Assembly (NCBI GenBank): GCA_029245795.1
Contig: JAQWOP010000018.1
Span: 44,733 to 108,732 of the forward strand
Source: Hyphomicrobiales bacterium
GTDB lineage: Bacteria; Pseudomonadota; Alphaproteobacteria; Rhizobiales; TMED25
Direction: 5' to 3'
Length of the DNA stretch: 64,000 nucleotides
The notes below the pieces were generated by a model. The model was not told where the DNA came from. It saw nothing but the letters and a program-made list of their open reading frames with translations, and searched no databases. The position numbers and the translations under genes were made by a program. Of this stretch, positions 23,160 through 33,140 are shown piece after piece (the stretch's first letter is position 1; each line of letters begins with the position of its first letter).

Positions 23160-24245
23160 ATGGAACATGATATACCAATGACGCCATATGGTCCAACAGC
23201 TGGAAGAGATCATATTGAAGATAAACCAAGACCAAAAACTAAAACGGTTGACTTTCATATTCACATGAGAATAAAAGAGGCTGATAAATTAGTAGGGGAT
23301 AGAGTGCCAAAAGATTCCCAAGTCGCCGATAGATTTGCAAGTAAAGCTTCAAAGGAGCAAAGTGATAAACATCATATGGAAAGAGCTCCTTATTTGACAG
23401 ATATGGACTATCGTCTGCCGGATATGCAAAAAATGCAAGTTGATGTAGCCGCTTTATCATGTGCACCAAGACAATTCTATTATTCAACAGATCCATCGTT
23501 AGGGCATGAATCAAGCCAAATAGTAAATGATGGAATATTTAAAGCAGTTAATGAAAATAAAAAGACGCACATCGGACTTGGAACTGTCCCATTACAGGAC
23601 ACGGACCTTGCCATCAAAGAACTTAAAAGATGTGTACATGAGCTAGGGTTCAAAGGTATACAAATTGGGGCCAGAATAAAAGAAGACGAGGAGTTATCAG
23701 CTGAAAGACTTTATCCATTTTGGGAAGCTGTTCAAGAACTTGATATTCCTATGCTTATTCATCCATCATCATTTTCAAGTCCTAGGCTATCAAAATATCA
23801 TATGATGAATATTATTGGGAACCCTCTTGATACTACTGTTGGGGTGCATTATTTGATATTTGGAGGTGTTTTAGAAAAATATCCAAATTTGAAATTTGTT
23901 CTTAGTCATGGTGGTGCATTTGCATCTCACTATTTTGCACGGATGGATCATGCATATGGAGCGAGGCCTGATTGTAGGGAAGATATTCATATGAAACCAA
24001 GTTATTATTTGAAAAAATTTTATTTTGATACTCTTGTTTTTTCAAAAGAACAGTTATCATTTCTTGTTCAAAATTTCGGTTCTGACCATATCCTTCTAGG
24101 AACAGATTATCCATTCGATATGGCAGAATTTAATCCAGTTGAGCATGTGTATCAATTACCTAATTTAGATGAGTCTGATAGAGAAAAAATATGCGGTTTA
24201 AATGCAATGAAACTAATGGGAATTAATAATACTTATTTTGATTAA
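23160..24245 (+). CDS. Amidohydrolase_2 family protein (ACMSD-like decarboxylase/hydrolase)
   Basis: DFHIH metal motif, LIHP, SHGG, YFDTLV, LGTDYPF. Confidence 0.85.
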   Translation: MEHDIPMTPYGPTAGRDHIEDKPRPKTKTVDFHIHMRIKEADKLVGDRVPKDSQVADRFASKASKEQSDKHHMERAPYLTDMDYRLPDMQKMQVDVAALSCAPRQFYYSTDPSLGHESSQIVNDGIFKAVNENKKTHIGLGTVPLQDTDLAIKELKRCVHELGFKGIQIGARIKEDEELSAERLYPFWEAVQELDIPMLIHPSSFSSPRLSKYHMMNIIGNPLDTTVGVHYLIFGGVLEKYPNLKFVLSHGGAFASHYFARMDHAYGARPDCREDIHMKPSYYLKKFYFDTLVFSKEQLSFLVQNFGSDHILLGTDYPFDMAEFNPVEHVYQLPNLDESDREKICGLNAMKLMGINNTYFD

Positions 24246-24260
24246 TCGATTGATATCCTT

Positions 24261-24782
24261 GTGAAAAGAATATATTTAGTTCGGCATGCTAAATCAAGTT
24301 GGGATAATGTTAGTTTGACTGATAAAGAAAGACCCCTATTAAATAGGGGCCTGCATGATTGTAAAAGGTTATCTAATTATCTCTCGCATTATAATATATG
24401 TCCCGATATTATTTTTTCTTCGAGTGCACGAAGATGTATCCATACACTTGAGTTGATTTTTTCTAATATTGATCCAGAGAATACTATAGTTAATATCGAA
24501 AATAATTTATATGGCGCTGAACTTCCTCTTTTATTGAATTTGATTTTATATACTAGCGATGCATATCAAAGTTTGATGATAGTTAATCATGAACCTGTCT
24601 TGTCCCAGCTCACTAATTTGCTGATTAGAAATTCAGAAATTGCGATTAATAATGATTTACTAAATAAATTTTGCACATGTGGTATGGCAATTTTAGAGCA
24701 TGATTCAAATAATTGGAGGGATATGAATTCTTTTGATTTACAGTTAGTTGATTTTATTAAACCAAGTAATTTAGAGATTTAA
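24261..24782 (+). CDS. sixA: Phosphohistidine phosphatase SixA family (GTG start)
   Basis: RHAKSSW, D..RPL..RG, SSA.R, (N)HEP. Confidence 0.88.
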   Translation: MKRIYLVRHAKSSWDNVSLTDKERPLLNRGLHDCKRLSNYLSHYNICPDIIFSSSARRCIHTLELIFSNIDPENTIVNIENNLYGAELPLLLNLILYTSDAYQSLMIVNHEPVLSQLTNLLIRNSEIAINNDLLNKFCTCGMAILEHDSNNWRDMNSFDLQLVDFIKPSNLEI

Positions 24783-24785
24783 ATT

Positions 24786-25067
24786 TTATAACCAATCTTT
24801 TTCAAAAATTCGATCCCCAAGTTCATCAATAATAATTTTTGCTTTTCGCTGAACACATTCCATTGCATCTTCTTTTTTACTAAATGTATCAGTGCGTATA
24901 AAAGACTTTTCATTTAACGTGCCGGATATCTCTTTTGTAATAATACCTTCAGTTGTGAAGGATCCATTTGTTCTTTTTGGCTTTGGATATATTATAAAAT
25001 CTTTATACACAATTTGATAATTAGAGTCCGGGGTTTTAGTAAATAAATCTTTTAATTTTTTAAACAT
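24786..25067 (-). CDS. HlyU-family small protein (alphaproteobacterial)
   Basis: YKDFII.P.P, G.ITKEI.G, FIRTD.F, KAK.IIDE.G.RIF. Confidence 0.8.
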   Translation of the reverse strand: MFKKLKDLFTKTPDSNYQIVYKDFIIYPKPKRTNGSFTTEGIITKEISGTLNEKSFIRTDTFSKKEDAMECVQRKAKIIIDELGDRIFEKDWL

Positions 25068-25158
25068 ATTCTAGAACTCTCTCTTAGCTGTATTTTTAAT
25101 TATTTTGAAAAAATAGAAATTAATATATATTATAAAATGTAATTAGAGGTGAGGACGA

Positions 25159-26598
25159 ATGCAAGGAAATAATGTCTTATTTATAATGGCAGATGAACAC
25201 AATTATAATTGTATAAACGCTGTAGGTAATAAATCAATTATCACCCCTAATATTAATAATCTAATAAAAGAGGGTACTTTATTCTCTAATGCGTATACAC
25301 CTTCTCCTCTTTGTGTTCCAGCACGCGCATCATTAGCAACGGGAACCTATGTTCATAAAAATAAATATTGGGATGGGGCTCATGCTTATGACGGTAAGAT
25401 ATTAGGGTGGCAACATATTTTGCGTGAAAATAATATAAATGCTACTTCTATTGGGAAGTTGCACTACAAAGATAGAACTGTTGATACAGGATTCACCGAT
25501 AGTATTGAACCCATGCATTTAAAAGATGGTTTAGGAGATCTTTTTGGATTACTTAGGGAAGATATGCCCCCCAAGGATGCTTGTAAAAGACTATCCGAAG
25601 AGTTAGGGAGGGGAGAATGTGAATACTTGGAATATGATAGATTAATTACAAAAAAAGCCACAGAATGGATAGCGAATAAAGGAAGGGGAGATAATCTAGA
25701 AGAACCTTGGGTATTGTTTGTTTCGTTCGTTTCTCCTCACTATCCTCTAGTATCGCCTCCTTATTATTATGATTTATATGATGAGATTAACCTGCCCTAT
25801 GAAGATTATCCGAGTCAGCCGGCAAGTAAGCTGCATAGTTGGGTAAGGGGAATTAGAGAAAGCTGGCCATATGATGATTATATGGATGATAAAAAAAGAA
25901 AAATTGCTGTGCAGGCATATTATGGCATGTGTAGCTTTATGGACTCTAATGTAGGTCATATAGTGAATGAGCTAAAGCAATCCATTTTTTGTAATAATAC
26001 AACTATTATTTACGCTAGTGATCATGGAGAATCACTTGGTAACAGAGGACTCTGGGGCAAGATGACAATGTATGAAGACTCATCATCAATTCCCCTAATA
26101 ATATCTGGTAAGGACTTTAAGAAAAATGAGATATGTGATACTCCTGTGTCACTATTAGATATATATCCAACAATATTTGATATTATGTCCTTAGATGGCA
26201 TTGAAGTTAGTCCAGATATTGATGGTCAATCTCTAATCAATATTGGAAATAATACATACAATAAAGAGAGATGTGTTTTAAGTGAATACCATGGAGCCGG
26301 AGCTTATGGTGGAGCATTTATGCTGAGAATGGGTGATTACAAGTACATATATTATGTAGGACATGATTGTGAACTATTTAATGTGAAAGATGACCCAAAG
26401 GAAGAAGTTAATTTATACAATAATGTTAAGTTCAAGTCACTCATAGAGGCTCTTAATAAGGAGCTTAGATCAATCATTAATCCCGAAGATGTTGACAATA
26501 TGGCAAGGCAATCTCAAGCTAAGATGTTAGATGAAGTCGGGGGTAAAGATTTTGTGCTAAAGCGGGGAAATTATGCAGGTACTCCAGTTGGATCATGA
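25159..26598 (+). CDS. Sulfatase, choline-sulfatase-like, cytoplasmic
   Basis: IMADEH, CVPARAS (CxPxR formylglycine motif), GKLH, SPHYP, SDHGE, WGKMTMYE. Confidence 0.9.
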   Translation: MQGNNVLFIMADEHNYNCINAVGNKSIITPNINNLIKEGTLFSNAYTPSPLCVPARASLATGTYVHKNKYWDGAHAYDGKILGWQHILRENNINATSIGKLHYKDRTVDTGFTDSIEPMHLKDGLGDLFGLLREDMPPKDACKRLSEELGRGECEYLEYDRLITKKATEWIANKGRGDNLEEPWVLFVSFVSPHYPLVSPPYYYDLYDEINLPYEDYPSQPASKLHSWVRGIRESWPYDDYMDDKKRKIAVQAYYGMCSFMDSNVGHIVNELKQSIFCNNTTIIYASDHGESLGNRGLWGKMTMYEDSSSIPLIISGKDFKKNEICDTPVSLLDIYPTIFDIMSLDGIEVSPDIDGQSLINIGNNTYNKERCVLSEYHGAGAYGGAFMLRMGDYKYIYYVGHDCELFNVKDDPKEEVNLYNNVKFKSLIEALNKELRSIINPEDVDNMARQSQAKMLDEVGGKDFVLKRGNYAGTPVGS

Positions 26599-26647
26599 AC
26601 TTATTCAAATAAAGATATATAAAACAGTTATTTAAAGGAGAATTAAT

Positions 26648-26827
26648 ATGGGAATATCAGGTGTTTGGCAATGGGTAATAATTGCCCTTATTGTACTTTT
26701 ATTATTTTCAAGACCTGGAAAGATATCCAAACTTTTAGGAGATTTAGGTATAGGTATGCGTAATTTCCGAGATGGGTTAAAGGGAGAAAAAAAAGATATT
26801 GAAGATGATGTATCAGATAAAGAGTAA
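26648..26827 (+). CDS. tatA: Twin-arginine translocase TatA (59 aa; not in ORF track)
   Basis: Manual translation MGISGVWQWVIIALIVLLLFSRPGKISKLLGDLGIGMRNFRDGLKGEKKDIEDDVSDKE; AAAGGAG 7 nt upstream; directly precedes tatB-tatC. Confidence 0.93.
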   Translation: MGISGVWQWVIIALIVLLLFSRPGKISKLLGDLGIGMRNFRDGLKGEKKDIEDDVSDKE

Positions 26828-26838
26828 AAGTATAAATA

Positions 26839-27105
26839 ATGTTTAATATTGGTTGGCAAGAGTTTCTTATTATATCTGTTGTTGTTGTTGTTATCCTTGG
26901 CCCAAAAGAATTACCTAATGCTCTTAATTTTGTTCTAAATATTTCAAAAAAAATACAATCTGTTGCTAGAGAATTTCTCAGAGAAACTGAGAGTATTATG
27001 AGTACAGAAGATATTTTAAAAGTTAAACAGACTATCAAAGATATAAAATTTGACGATGATCTAACCAAGGAACTCAATGAAATCGAAAAAACAAAAGATG
27101 AATAA
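26839..27105 (+). CDS. tatB: Twin-arginine translocase TatB (short)
   Basis: MFNIGWQEFLII...LGPKELP. Confidence 0.93.
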   Translation: MFNIGWQEFLIISVVVVVILGPKELPNALNFVLNISKKIQSVAREFLRETESIMSTEDILKVKQTIKDIKFDDDLTKELNEIEKTKDE

Positions 27106-27140
27106 CCTTTTAAACAAAAGATGTTGGAATAGATCTGAAA

Positions 27141-27935
27141 ATGAATGAGCAAGAAGATGATTCCTTATCAAAAAAAATGTCAATACTAGATCATCTCTCT
27201 GAGTTGAGAACAAGATTAATTTATTCCTTTATATTATTCATATTAGTTTTCTTTTTATCACTCATCAAATTTAATATATTCGGATTTCATATAAGCATTG
27301 CTCAATTGATCTATATATTTTTACAACAGCCTCTTGCTGATATTTTAGAGGAAAGGGGTGGTAGAATGATTTTTACTGCACTCCACGAAGGTTTCTTTAC
27401 TCAAATAAAAGTTGGCTTTTATATCGCTTTATTTGTATCTCTACCCATAATTTTAATACAAATATGGAAATATATTTCCCCAGGACTTTATAAGAATGAA
27501 AGAAAGATATTTCTTCCTTTTATGATTGCAACTCCTTTCCTTTTTTTATTAAGTTTCTTAATGGTTTACTATATTGTAATGCCTCTTGCTTGGCAGTTTT
27601 TTTTATCATTTGAGTTGACGTCAAACCAAATTGGACTTCCAATTGAAGTAGAGCCTCGTATCTCAGAATACTTGGCATTAGTTATGAGACTTATATTAGC
27701 ATTCGGGATATGTTTTCAGTTACCAATCCTTATTCTCTTATTAGTAAGGGTTGGGATTGTTGATGTTAAATGGCTCTCTAAAAATAGGAAATATTGTATA
27801 TTATTTTCATTTATAATTGCTGCTATATTGACCCCACCTGATGTTATTAGTCAATTTCTTCTCGCAATGCCCCTGATAATATTATATGAAATATCAATAG
27901 TATTGGCTAGATTTATTAAAAAAGAAAAGAAGTAG
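27141..27935 (+). CDS. tatC: Twin-arginine translocase TatC
   Basis: HLSELRTRL, QIWKYISPGLYKNE, FQLP, TPPDVISQ, LYE. Confidence 0.97.
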   Translation: MNEQEDDSLSKKMSILDHLSELRTRLIYSFILFILVFFLSLIKFNIFGFHISIAQLIYIFLQQPLADILEERGGRMIFTALHEGFFTQIKVGFYIALFVSLPIILIQIWKYISPGLYKNERKIFLPFMIATPFLFLLSFLMVYYIVMPLAWQFFLSFELTSNQIGLPIEVEPRISEYLALVMRLILAFGICFQLPILILLLVRVGIVDVKWLSKNRKYCILFSFIIAAILTPPDVISQFLLAMPLIILYEISIVLARFIKKEKK

Positions 27936-27983
27936 CAGATAAAGTTTGAATTAATTTATTTAGCAAATTATAATATAACTAAT

Positions 27984-28274
27984 ATGGTTTTTTTACATAC
28001 ATTATTGTTTATACAGTGGATTGCAGGACTTGTAGTATGGCTCCTTATTTTTAATGCAATTACAGAATGGCTAATCCACTTCAGGATTTTTAATTCAAGC
28101 CAGTTTATTGTATCGATTATTGCAGATTTCTTATATAAAATGACTAATCCAATATTGACACCAATTAGAAAATTCATACCATCATATAGTGGGCTTGATT
28201 TTAGTCCTTTAATAGCAATCTTCGTTTTATTTATTATTAAGGATCTCATAAATATTTTAATTATGAATATTTAA
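27984..28274 (+). CDS. yggT: YggT family membrane protein
   Basis: TNPILTPIRKFIP...GLDFSPLI; next to folD. Confidence 0.88.
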   Translation: MVFLHTLLFIQWIAGLVVWLLIFNAITEWLIHFRIFNSSQFIVSIIADFLYKMTNPILTPIRKFIPSYSGLDFSPLIAIFVLFIIKDLINILIMNI

Positions 28275-28289
28275 TTTGGAGATAATAAA

Positions 28290-29177
28290 TTGTTTAAAAA
28301 TGAAAGTTATGCGGATAAAATTATAGATGGTAAAATTATATCCTTAAAAGTTCTTGAAGAAGTTTCAAAATCAATTATCGACATAAAAGCTAAGGGATTA
28401 AATCCATCTTTGGCTGTTATTTTGGTTGGTAATGACCCTGCTAGTTCTGTATATGTAAGAAATAAGAAAATCATGTGTGAGAAAGTTGGTATTAAATCGA
28501 CTGAATTTAAGTTAGATGAAAATATCAATGAAGAACAGATATTAGATTTAATAAATACTTTAAATAAGGATTCTGGTACTAACGGGATTCTTGTGCAATT
28601 TCCTTTGCCAGCTCATATCAATAAACAAAAGATAATCAATAAAATAGCACCAGATAAAGATGTTGATGGATTACACCCCATCAATGCTGGAAGATTAATG
28701 AATAATGTTGAATCATTAGTCCCATGCACCCCTCAAGGTTGTATGATTATGTTAAAAACCAGGCATGAAGATCTATCAGGAAAAAATGCTGTCGTAATCG
28801 GTAGGTCAAATTTAGTGGGCAGACCTATGTGTCAGCTACTCACAAATTCAGATTGTACCGTAACACAAGTTCACTCAAAGACATTAAATATCGAAAATTA
28901 TATTTCAAGAGCGGACATACTGATAGCGGCAATAGGTATACCAAAATTTGTAAAAGCCGAATGGTTAAAAGAAAAATCTATCATAATTGATGTTGGTATT
29001 AATAGAATTTCAGTTAATTCTAACGGTGAAAATAAGAAAAAATTAGTTGGTGACGTTGATTTTGAAGAAGCAATAAAAAAAGTATCAGCAATAACTCCTG
29101 TGCCAGGTGGTGTTGGGCTAATGACGGTTGCTTGTTTGATGAGAAATACATTAATTGCTACAAAACTACAGATGTAG
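28290..29177 (+). CDS. folD: Methylenetetrahydrofolate dehydrogenase/cyclohydrolase
   Basis: YVRNK, KDVDG, PCTP, GRSNLVG, DVGIN, TPVPGGVG. Confidence 0.97.
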   Translation: MFKNESYADKIIDGKIISLKVLEEVSKSIIDIKAKGLNPSLAVILVGNDPASSVYVRNKKIMCEKVGIKSTEFKLDENINEEQILDLINTLNKDSGTNGILVQFPLPAHINKQKIINKIAPDKDVDGLHPINAGRLMNNVESLVPCTPQGCMIMLKTRHEDLSGKNAVVIGRSNLVGRPMCQLLTNSDCTVTQVHSKTLNIENYISRADILIAAIGIPKFVKAEWLKEKSIIIDVGINRISVNSNGENKKKLVGDVDFEEAIKKVSAITPVPGGVGLMTVACLMRNTLIATKLQM

Positions 29178-29192
29178 TTACACTAAAAAAAA

Positions 29193-30410
29193 TTAATCAG
29201 ATTTTCTTCTTTTCGATAATAATTTTAGTCTGAGAGCATTTATTTTTATAAAACCGCTTGCATCTGACTGATCATAATCTGTTTGACTATCTTCAAAACT
29301 TACAAGATCAGTATCATATAAAGAATGGTCGCTCCTTCTATTAACAATTATAATATTCCCCTTATAGAGTTTTAATGTTATTACGCCTGATACGTATTTT
29401 TGAGATATATCAATAGCTTGCTGGAGCATCTCTCTTTCAGGAGAAAACCATAACCCATTATAAATTAAGTTTGCATATTTTGGCATTAGCTCCTCTTTAA
29501 GATGCATACTACCAGAGTCCATAGTTAGTTCTTCTATAGCTCGATGAGCCTTGAGTAATATTGTCCCTCCAGGCGTTTCGTAGATGCCTCTACTTTTCAT
29601 ACCAACAAAACGATTCTCAATGAGATCTAGTCTTCCAATTCCATTATTCTTACCATATTCATTTAATTTTTCTAGAAGTATTGCTGGTGATAGTTTTTCT
29701 CCATCAATTGATATTGGATCCCCATTTTTAAATCCTATTGATATGATGGAAGGTTTTTCATTTGCATCATCTATAGATAGTGTTCTTTGAAAAACATATT
29801 CAGGACATTCATTATTAGGGTCTTCAATTAATTTTCCTTCTGAAGAGGTATGTAAAATATTTGCATCTACAGAAAAAGGATCCTCACCCATCTTATCTTT
29901 TGGAATAGGTATTTGATGTTTTTCAGCATATTTTATTAATTTTTTTCGTGAGGTTAAGTCCCAATCTCTCCATGGTGAGATAACCTTAATTGAGGCATTA
30001 TGGGCATAATAGCCAAGTTCAAATCTAACTTGATCATTTCCTTTTCCTGTTGCACCATGGCAGACTGCGTCAGCATTAGTAAGCTCGGCTATCTCGATTT
30101 GTCTTTTTGCAATTAGGGGTCTTGCAATTGCAGTTCCAAGAAGATATTGCCCCTCATAAAGAGTATTAGCTCTAAACATTGGGAATATATAATCTTTTAC
30201 AAAATCTTCTTTAAGGTCTTCTATATAGATTTCTTTTACACCTAAATTTTCAGCTTTTTTTCTTGCTGGTTCTATTTCTTCCCCCTGACCTAGATCTGCT
30301 GTGAAAGTGACAACTTCACAATTATAGGTATTTTGAAGCCACTTGAGCATAATGGATGTATCTAATCCACCAGAGTATGCTAGTACAATTTTATTTATTT
30401 TTTTCATCAT
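29193..30410 (-). CDS. argG: Argininosuccinate synthase
   Basis: [34 protein letters not shown]. Confidence 0.98.
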   Translation of the reverse strand: MMKKINKIVLAYSGGLDTSIMLKWLQNTYNCEVVTFTADLGQGEEIEPARKKAENLGVKEIYIEDLKEDFVKDYIFPMFRANTLYEGQYLLGTAIARPLIAKRQIEIAELTNADAVCHGATGKGNDQVRFELGYYAHNASIKVISPWRDWDLTSRKKLIKYAEKHQIPIPKDKMGEDPFSVDANILHTSSEGKLIEDPNNECPEYVFQRTLSIDDANEKPSIISIGFKNGDPISIDGEKLSPAILLEKLNEYGKNNGIGRLDLIENRFVGMKSRGIYETPGGTILLKAHRAIEELTMDSGSMHLKEELMPKYANLIYNGLWFSPEREMLQQAIDISQKYVSGVITLKLYKGNIIIVNRRSDHSLYDTDLVSFEDSQTDYDQSDASGFIKINALRLKLLSKRRKSD

Positions 30411-30444
30411 TCATCAACATAAAATATTAATAAGTTAAAGTATA

Positions 30445-31590
30445 TTAATTTTTTTTTCTTAATCTCACAGTTTCTGATTTTAACTGACCACATGCCGCCA
30501 TAATATCTTGACCACGTGGTTTCCTTATCGGGCAGGAAAAACCTGCACTATTTAATACTTCCGCAAATTTCTTAATTTGGTCCATATCCGAACATTGGTA
30601 ATTATTACCAGGCCATGGATTGAAGGGGATAAGATTAATTTTTGAAGGAATATTCTGTAATAATTTAGCCAAGTCTTTTGCATCTTGAATGCTATCATTA
30701 ATATCCCTAAGCATAACATACTCAAAAGTTATTTTACTTGAGTTTTTGATAGTAGGGTAATTTTCACAGGCATTAATTAATTCTCTTATTGGGTACTTCT
30801 TATTTATTGGTACTAAGATATCCCTTACATCATCCTTTGCAGAATGCAATGATACTGCAAGCGATACTCCTATCTCTTTTCCAACTCTCTCCATAAATGG
30901 AACAATTCCTGACGTAGATAAGGTAACTCTTCTTTTTGATAATGCTAATCCATCACAGTCGGTCATTATTAGTAAGGCTTTTTTAACGGCTTCAAAATTA
31001 TACAATGGTTCGCCCATCCCCATCATGACTATATTTGTTATTTTACGTGTATTATTTGGATTATTTCCATGCCAATCATTAAGTTTATCTTTTGCAATTA
31101 ATAGCTGTGATATTATTTCTTCTGTTGTCAGATTACGTATTAGTTTTTGTGTCCCAGTATGACAAAATGAGCAGTTCAAGGTACATCCGATTTGACTTGA
31201 TATACATAAAGTGCCTCTTTTTTCTTCAGGAATAAAAACAGTTTCTATTTCATTAGTTGTTGAAAGTCCATTATTTGATAATTTGAGTAACCATTTAATT
31301 GTTCCATCATTTGATCTTTTTTCTACTGAGATAGAATTCCTTTTTAATGTATAATCACTCGATAGTTGATGGAGAAGATCTTTTGGCATATTCTTAATTA
31401 CTGAGAAATCACTTATCCCTCTTAGAAACATCCAATTCCATAGCTGCTTTGTCCTCATTGAATTTTGTTTAAGAGGAATATTATAGTTTTTCAGATTTTC
31501 GGATATTTCAGATTGTGAATGCCCGTAAAGCACTTCGACATTTTTAATCTTCTCATTATCTGGAGATGAAGTAGTTTGTAAGTCCAACAT
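30445..31590 (-). CDS. rlmN: 23S rRNA/tRNA m2A methyltransferase (radical SAM)
   Basis: [27 protein letters not shown]. Confidence 0.97.
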   Translation of the reverse strand: MLDLQTTSSPDNEKIKNVEVLYGHSQSEISENLKNYNIPLKQNSMRTKQLWNWMFLRGISDFSVIKNMPKDLLHQLSSDYTLKRNSISVEKRSNDGTIKWLLKLSNNGLSTTNEIETVFIPEEKRGTLCISSQIGCTLNCSFCHTGTQKLIRNLTTEEIISQLLIAKDKLNDWHGNNPNNTRKITNIVMMGMGEPLYNFEAVKKALLIMTDCDGLALSKRRVTLSTSGIVPFMERVGKEIGVSLAVSLHSAKDDVRDILVPINKKYPIRELINACENYPTIKNSSKITFEYVMLRDINDSIQDAKDLAKLLQNIPSKINLIPFNPWPGNNYQCSDMDQIKKFAEVLNSAGFSCPIRKPRGQDIMAACGQLKSETVRLRKKN

Positions 31591-31623
31591 TTTTCTAGTA
31601 ATACATTTTGGTACTATTAGTTC

Positions 31624-32148
31624 TTAACGGCATATATCTTTTAACTCTTGAAGGCTACGAGTAACCCCCTTTAAAGAGTAATGGTCTGTTGTATTTGTTT
31701 CAAATTCAGAGGTTCCTTTGATAATCATTTGATAACCTTTTTTCATGGCTTCAACTAATTTCTTTTCCTCATCTTTAGTTACTAGCCAAGCGTGCTTATC
31801 CATAGGTGACATGGAGAAAGTGCTATTGAGGATCTTAATAGTAACGGGCGTCTCTTTTTTGAAATTATACCCAGCGTATAAACTTGGTTGATTATGACTT
31901 TCATCATCAATCTTTTTAATAAAAAAATTTGGATTCCATGCCTTATCTGATGGATCTTGCTTAACTGGGCTACTTGCAATATAGCATAATTCTTTACTAT
32001 TAGCTGTATATTTGAAAACTCGCCAATCCCCAAATCTACTTTGAAGCTCCGGCTCGGTATTTGAGGAAGCATAGCTTGGAGGTGCCAGTAAAATATAAAT
32101 TAATAATAGAGTTATATAAAAAAAATATTTTTTATTTAAAGTGTTCAT
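31624..32148 (-). CDS. Invasion-associated locus B (IalB) family exported protein
   Basis: Signal peptide, FGDW.V, CY..S.P, LVEAMKKG, T.D.YSLKG.T; upstream of rlmN as in other alphaproteobacteria. Confidence 0.8.
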   Translation of the reverse strand: MNTLNKKYFFYITLLLIYILLAPPSYASSNTEPELQSRFGDWRVFKYTANSKELCYIASSPVKQDPSDKAWNPNFFIKKIDDESHNQPSLYAGYNFKKETPVTIKILNSTFSMSPMDKHAWLVTKDEEKKLVEAMKKGYQMIIKGTSEFETNTTDHYSLKGVTRSLQELKDICR

Positions 32149-32227
32149 AAATTTTATATTCCATAAATAATAATTAGATTAAGAAAAATTTATTTATTTT
32201 TAGTAAACAAAGAATAAAAGAGGTAAT

Positions 32228-32713
32228 TTATCTCGTAGTTTTTCCAATTGTTTTTATTCGATCATACATAACGATTGCTCCAGCAATTGCAACATTCAAA
32301 GAAAATTTAGTTGGTATTTTGATAATGTAGTCACTTTTTTTTAAAGTTTCATCTGACAGAGATCCTTTTTCAGGTCCCAAAATATACATGGCCTGAATTG
32401 GGTGGACAAAGTTTGGCAGATTATCTGCGTCATCAGTTATTTCTATTCCAACTAATTTACATCCCTTAGGAATATTTATTTTATCAATTTTCTGCCATTC
32501 AAAATAGGGTAGGTGGATATCAGATTTGGACGTATCAGATTTTTTAATCCTATTTTGATTTTCAGTCACTCTAGGGTGAGGATTGACAGTAAAAACTGAA
32601 TTGGCTCCAAAAGCATGCGCAGATCTTATTAAATTGCCTAGATTCATTGGCTTTGAAATATTTTCAACACCAATTGAGAAATAGCCCCTCTGTATATAAT
32701 TAGAGTTAATCAT
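32228..32713 (-). CDS. SpoU/TrmH family RNA methyltransferase
   Basis: NLGNLIRSAHAFG, LGPEKGSL, SLNVA.AGAIVMYDR. Confidence 0.9.
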   Translation of the reverse strand: MINSNYIQRGYFSIGVENISKPMNLGNLIRSAHAFGANSVFTVNPHPRVTENQNRIKKSDTSKSDIHLPYFEWQKIDKINIPKGCKLVGIEITDDADNLPNFVHPIQAMYILGPEKGSLSDETLKKSDYIIKIPTKFSLNVAIAGAIVMYDRIKTIGKTTR

Positions 32714-32719
32714 TTTAAA

Positions 32720-32995
32720 TTATTTATATTTCTTTTCTATAATATCAATATTATTTGCTAAAGTGATATCTTGGCTCGTTATTTTCCCGGCATCATGTGT
32801 AGATAAAATAATTTCAACATAGTTATATGTATTTGACCACTCGGGGTGGTGGTCTGATTCATCAGCTATTTTTGCAATATCTGTCATAAAGCTCCAGGCT
32901 GATACGAAGTCTTTAAATTTAAATTCTTTTCTCATTGCCAGACCATTTCGGATAGTAGGCCAAGGCATTTTTTGTTTCTTATCATTACTTATCAA
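32720..32995 (-). CDS. phhB: Pterin-4-alpha-carbinolamine dehydratase
   Basis: FKFKDF..AW.FM, DHHPEW.N.YN, STHD. Confidence 0.92.
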   Translation of the reverse strand: MISNDKKQKMPWPTIRNGLAMRKEFKFKDFVSAWSFMTDIAKIADESDHHPEWSNTYNYVEIILSTHDAGKITSQDITLANNIDIIEKKYK

Positions 32996-33102
32996 CTATC
33001 TATTCCCTTTAATTTATAACTTTTTTATATAGAGTAATAAAAAAGTAAATTATAATATTATTAATTAATCATAATATCTACTTGATTTCTATAACTACAA
33101 TC

Positions 33103-33124
33103 ATTTATATATATATATATAAAT
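33103..33124. repeat. (AT)7 microsatellite within a perfect 22-nt palindrome
   Basis: ATTTATATATATATATATAAAT in the phhB/yccA divergent spacer. Confidence 0.8.
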
Positions 33125-33140
33125 ATATATGGAGACTCAA

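Noticed and set aside
25159-27935. Sulfatase as a dedicated Tat substrate because it precedes tatABC
   Set aside because: No twin-arginine or other signal peptide; the catalytic domain starts at the N-terminus
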